Shown here in pieces: positions 62,965 through 64,000 of a stretch of DNA of 64,000 nt. The stretch is from Lama glama (lineage: Eukaryota). The stretch spans positions 30,692,001 to 30,756,000 of the forward strand of contig CM052817.1 of the NCBI GenBank assembly GCA_028534125.1, in the 5' to 3' direction. The position numbers were made by a program, and so were the translations under genes. Each line of letters begins with the position of its first letter. Positions within the stretch are counted from its first letter, which is position 1. A model generated the notes under the pieces. It had not been told where the DNA came from. It did no database searches and worked only from the letters and a program-made list of their open reading frames with translations.

Positions 62965-63810
62965 CAATTAAAGATGCATATTATCCTGTAGAGTATCTTT
63001 CGGGCAACTGCTAAAAAAACTTAAATGAAGATGAATAGTTAGTAACCCCATAATGGACATAAAATAGAATGCTAAAAATTTAGTTAATTGAAAAGAAGGC
63101 AGGCAAAGGAAAAAAAAAAGAGAAGAGAAGAACAAATAGAAAACAAACAGCAATGAGAAAGATTTTAACTTAACCATATCATTATTTATATTAAATATAA
63201 ACCATATATAAACAGCAGTGAAAAGGCAGACAGTGTCAGAAAGATGTCTATGAGAAATACATTTTAGGTGAAAATATGCAGATAGGTTAAAGGGGAGTGA
63301 TGGAAAAAGATGCAACCTTTGAACTCTAATAATACGAAATCCACAGTAGTTACATTTTAGACTAAATGAAAATGAAAATTCCACAAATCAAAATTGTGGC
63401 ATGTAGCTAAAGCAGTGCTGAGAGAGAAACTTACTTAAAGCTTTAAATCCTTGTTTTAGAAGAAGAAAAAGAAGAAAGATCCCGAAACAGTGATCTCGGC
63501 TTCCATCTTAAGCAAGGAAGAGAAGAGAAAATTAAACCAAGTGAACCCCAAGGAAGGAAATAATAAAGATAAAAGAGAAAATCCATGAAATAAAAAAAAA
63601 ACCTGTACCGAGATTAATCTATCTAAACTAATCAAAGTAAAAGATAAGACACCCATGATCTGTATCATTCCTAAAAGAAGAGCTATTACTTCATCTCAAA
63701 AACCTGCTGAGCAGAAGAAACTAGCTGCAAAACCTGGGTATTATACAATTCCATTTGTATGAAATTCTGGATTAGGCAAGTCTAGTTCAGCATATAGAAA
63801 GCACATCATG
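62965..63810 (+). mobile_element. Old L1M fragments (inter-ORF/ORF2 N-terminal pieces plus a 3'UTR piece)
   Basis: TAACCATATCATTATTTATATTAAATATAAA, CTAAATGAAAATGAAAA...GCATGTAGCTAAAGCAGTGCTGAGAGAGAAA and GGAAGGAAATAATAAAGATAAAAG are L1 ORF2 motifs. Confidence 0.8.
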
Positions 63811-64000
63811 GAGCCGATTTCATGAACAATTTTCTTGTTTTATCATATTTCAGTGTATTCCTCCTGGAATGTTCCGATGTAACTGGTGATGGAGAAAAAA
63901 CCTCTAATTCCCAGGAAGGGGAAGCAATGCCAAGGATTTGTTCGTATCACTATGTGGGACTCTTGGCTTTTCTTTCTCTCTTGATCTTGCCGGCCTCTGC

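Noticed and set aside
1..64000. CRISPR arrays, operons, tRNA/rRNA genes, CpG-island promoter
   Set aside because: None seen. The sequence is CpG-depleted mammalian non-coding DNA with no regularly spaced repeat-spacer structure.

Overview
AT-rich, non-coding eutherian mammal genomic DNA, either a gene desert or a very large intron. I recognise no protein-coding exon, RNA gene, CpG island or prokaryotic feature. The ORF track is explained by chance ORFs, repeat-derived sequence and microsatellites. A large share of the window is interspersed repeat: ancient L2, MIR and CR1/L3 fragments, MaLR/ERVL/ERV1 solo LTRs, hAT DNA-transposon remnants, old L1M pieces and several younger 5'-truncated L1 3' ends. 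The young L1 3' ends are cetartiodactyl-type, and I see no Alu, B1/B2, BovB/Bov-tA, PRE1, CHR or Can-SINE, which suggests a camelid (inference). The most unusual object is a 357-bp element at 1884-2240: an apparent L1 5' terminus (YY1 motif) fused directly to an L1 3' terminus inside one 14-bp target-site duplication (TSD), i.e. an internally deleted mini-L1 that could be a one-off or a non-autonomous family. Repeat family names are from my recollection of consensus sequences, and boundaries are approximate unless a TSD is quoted. I found no convincing evidence for a novel multi-gene system.
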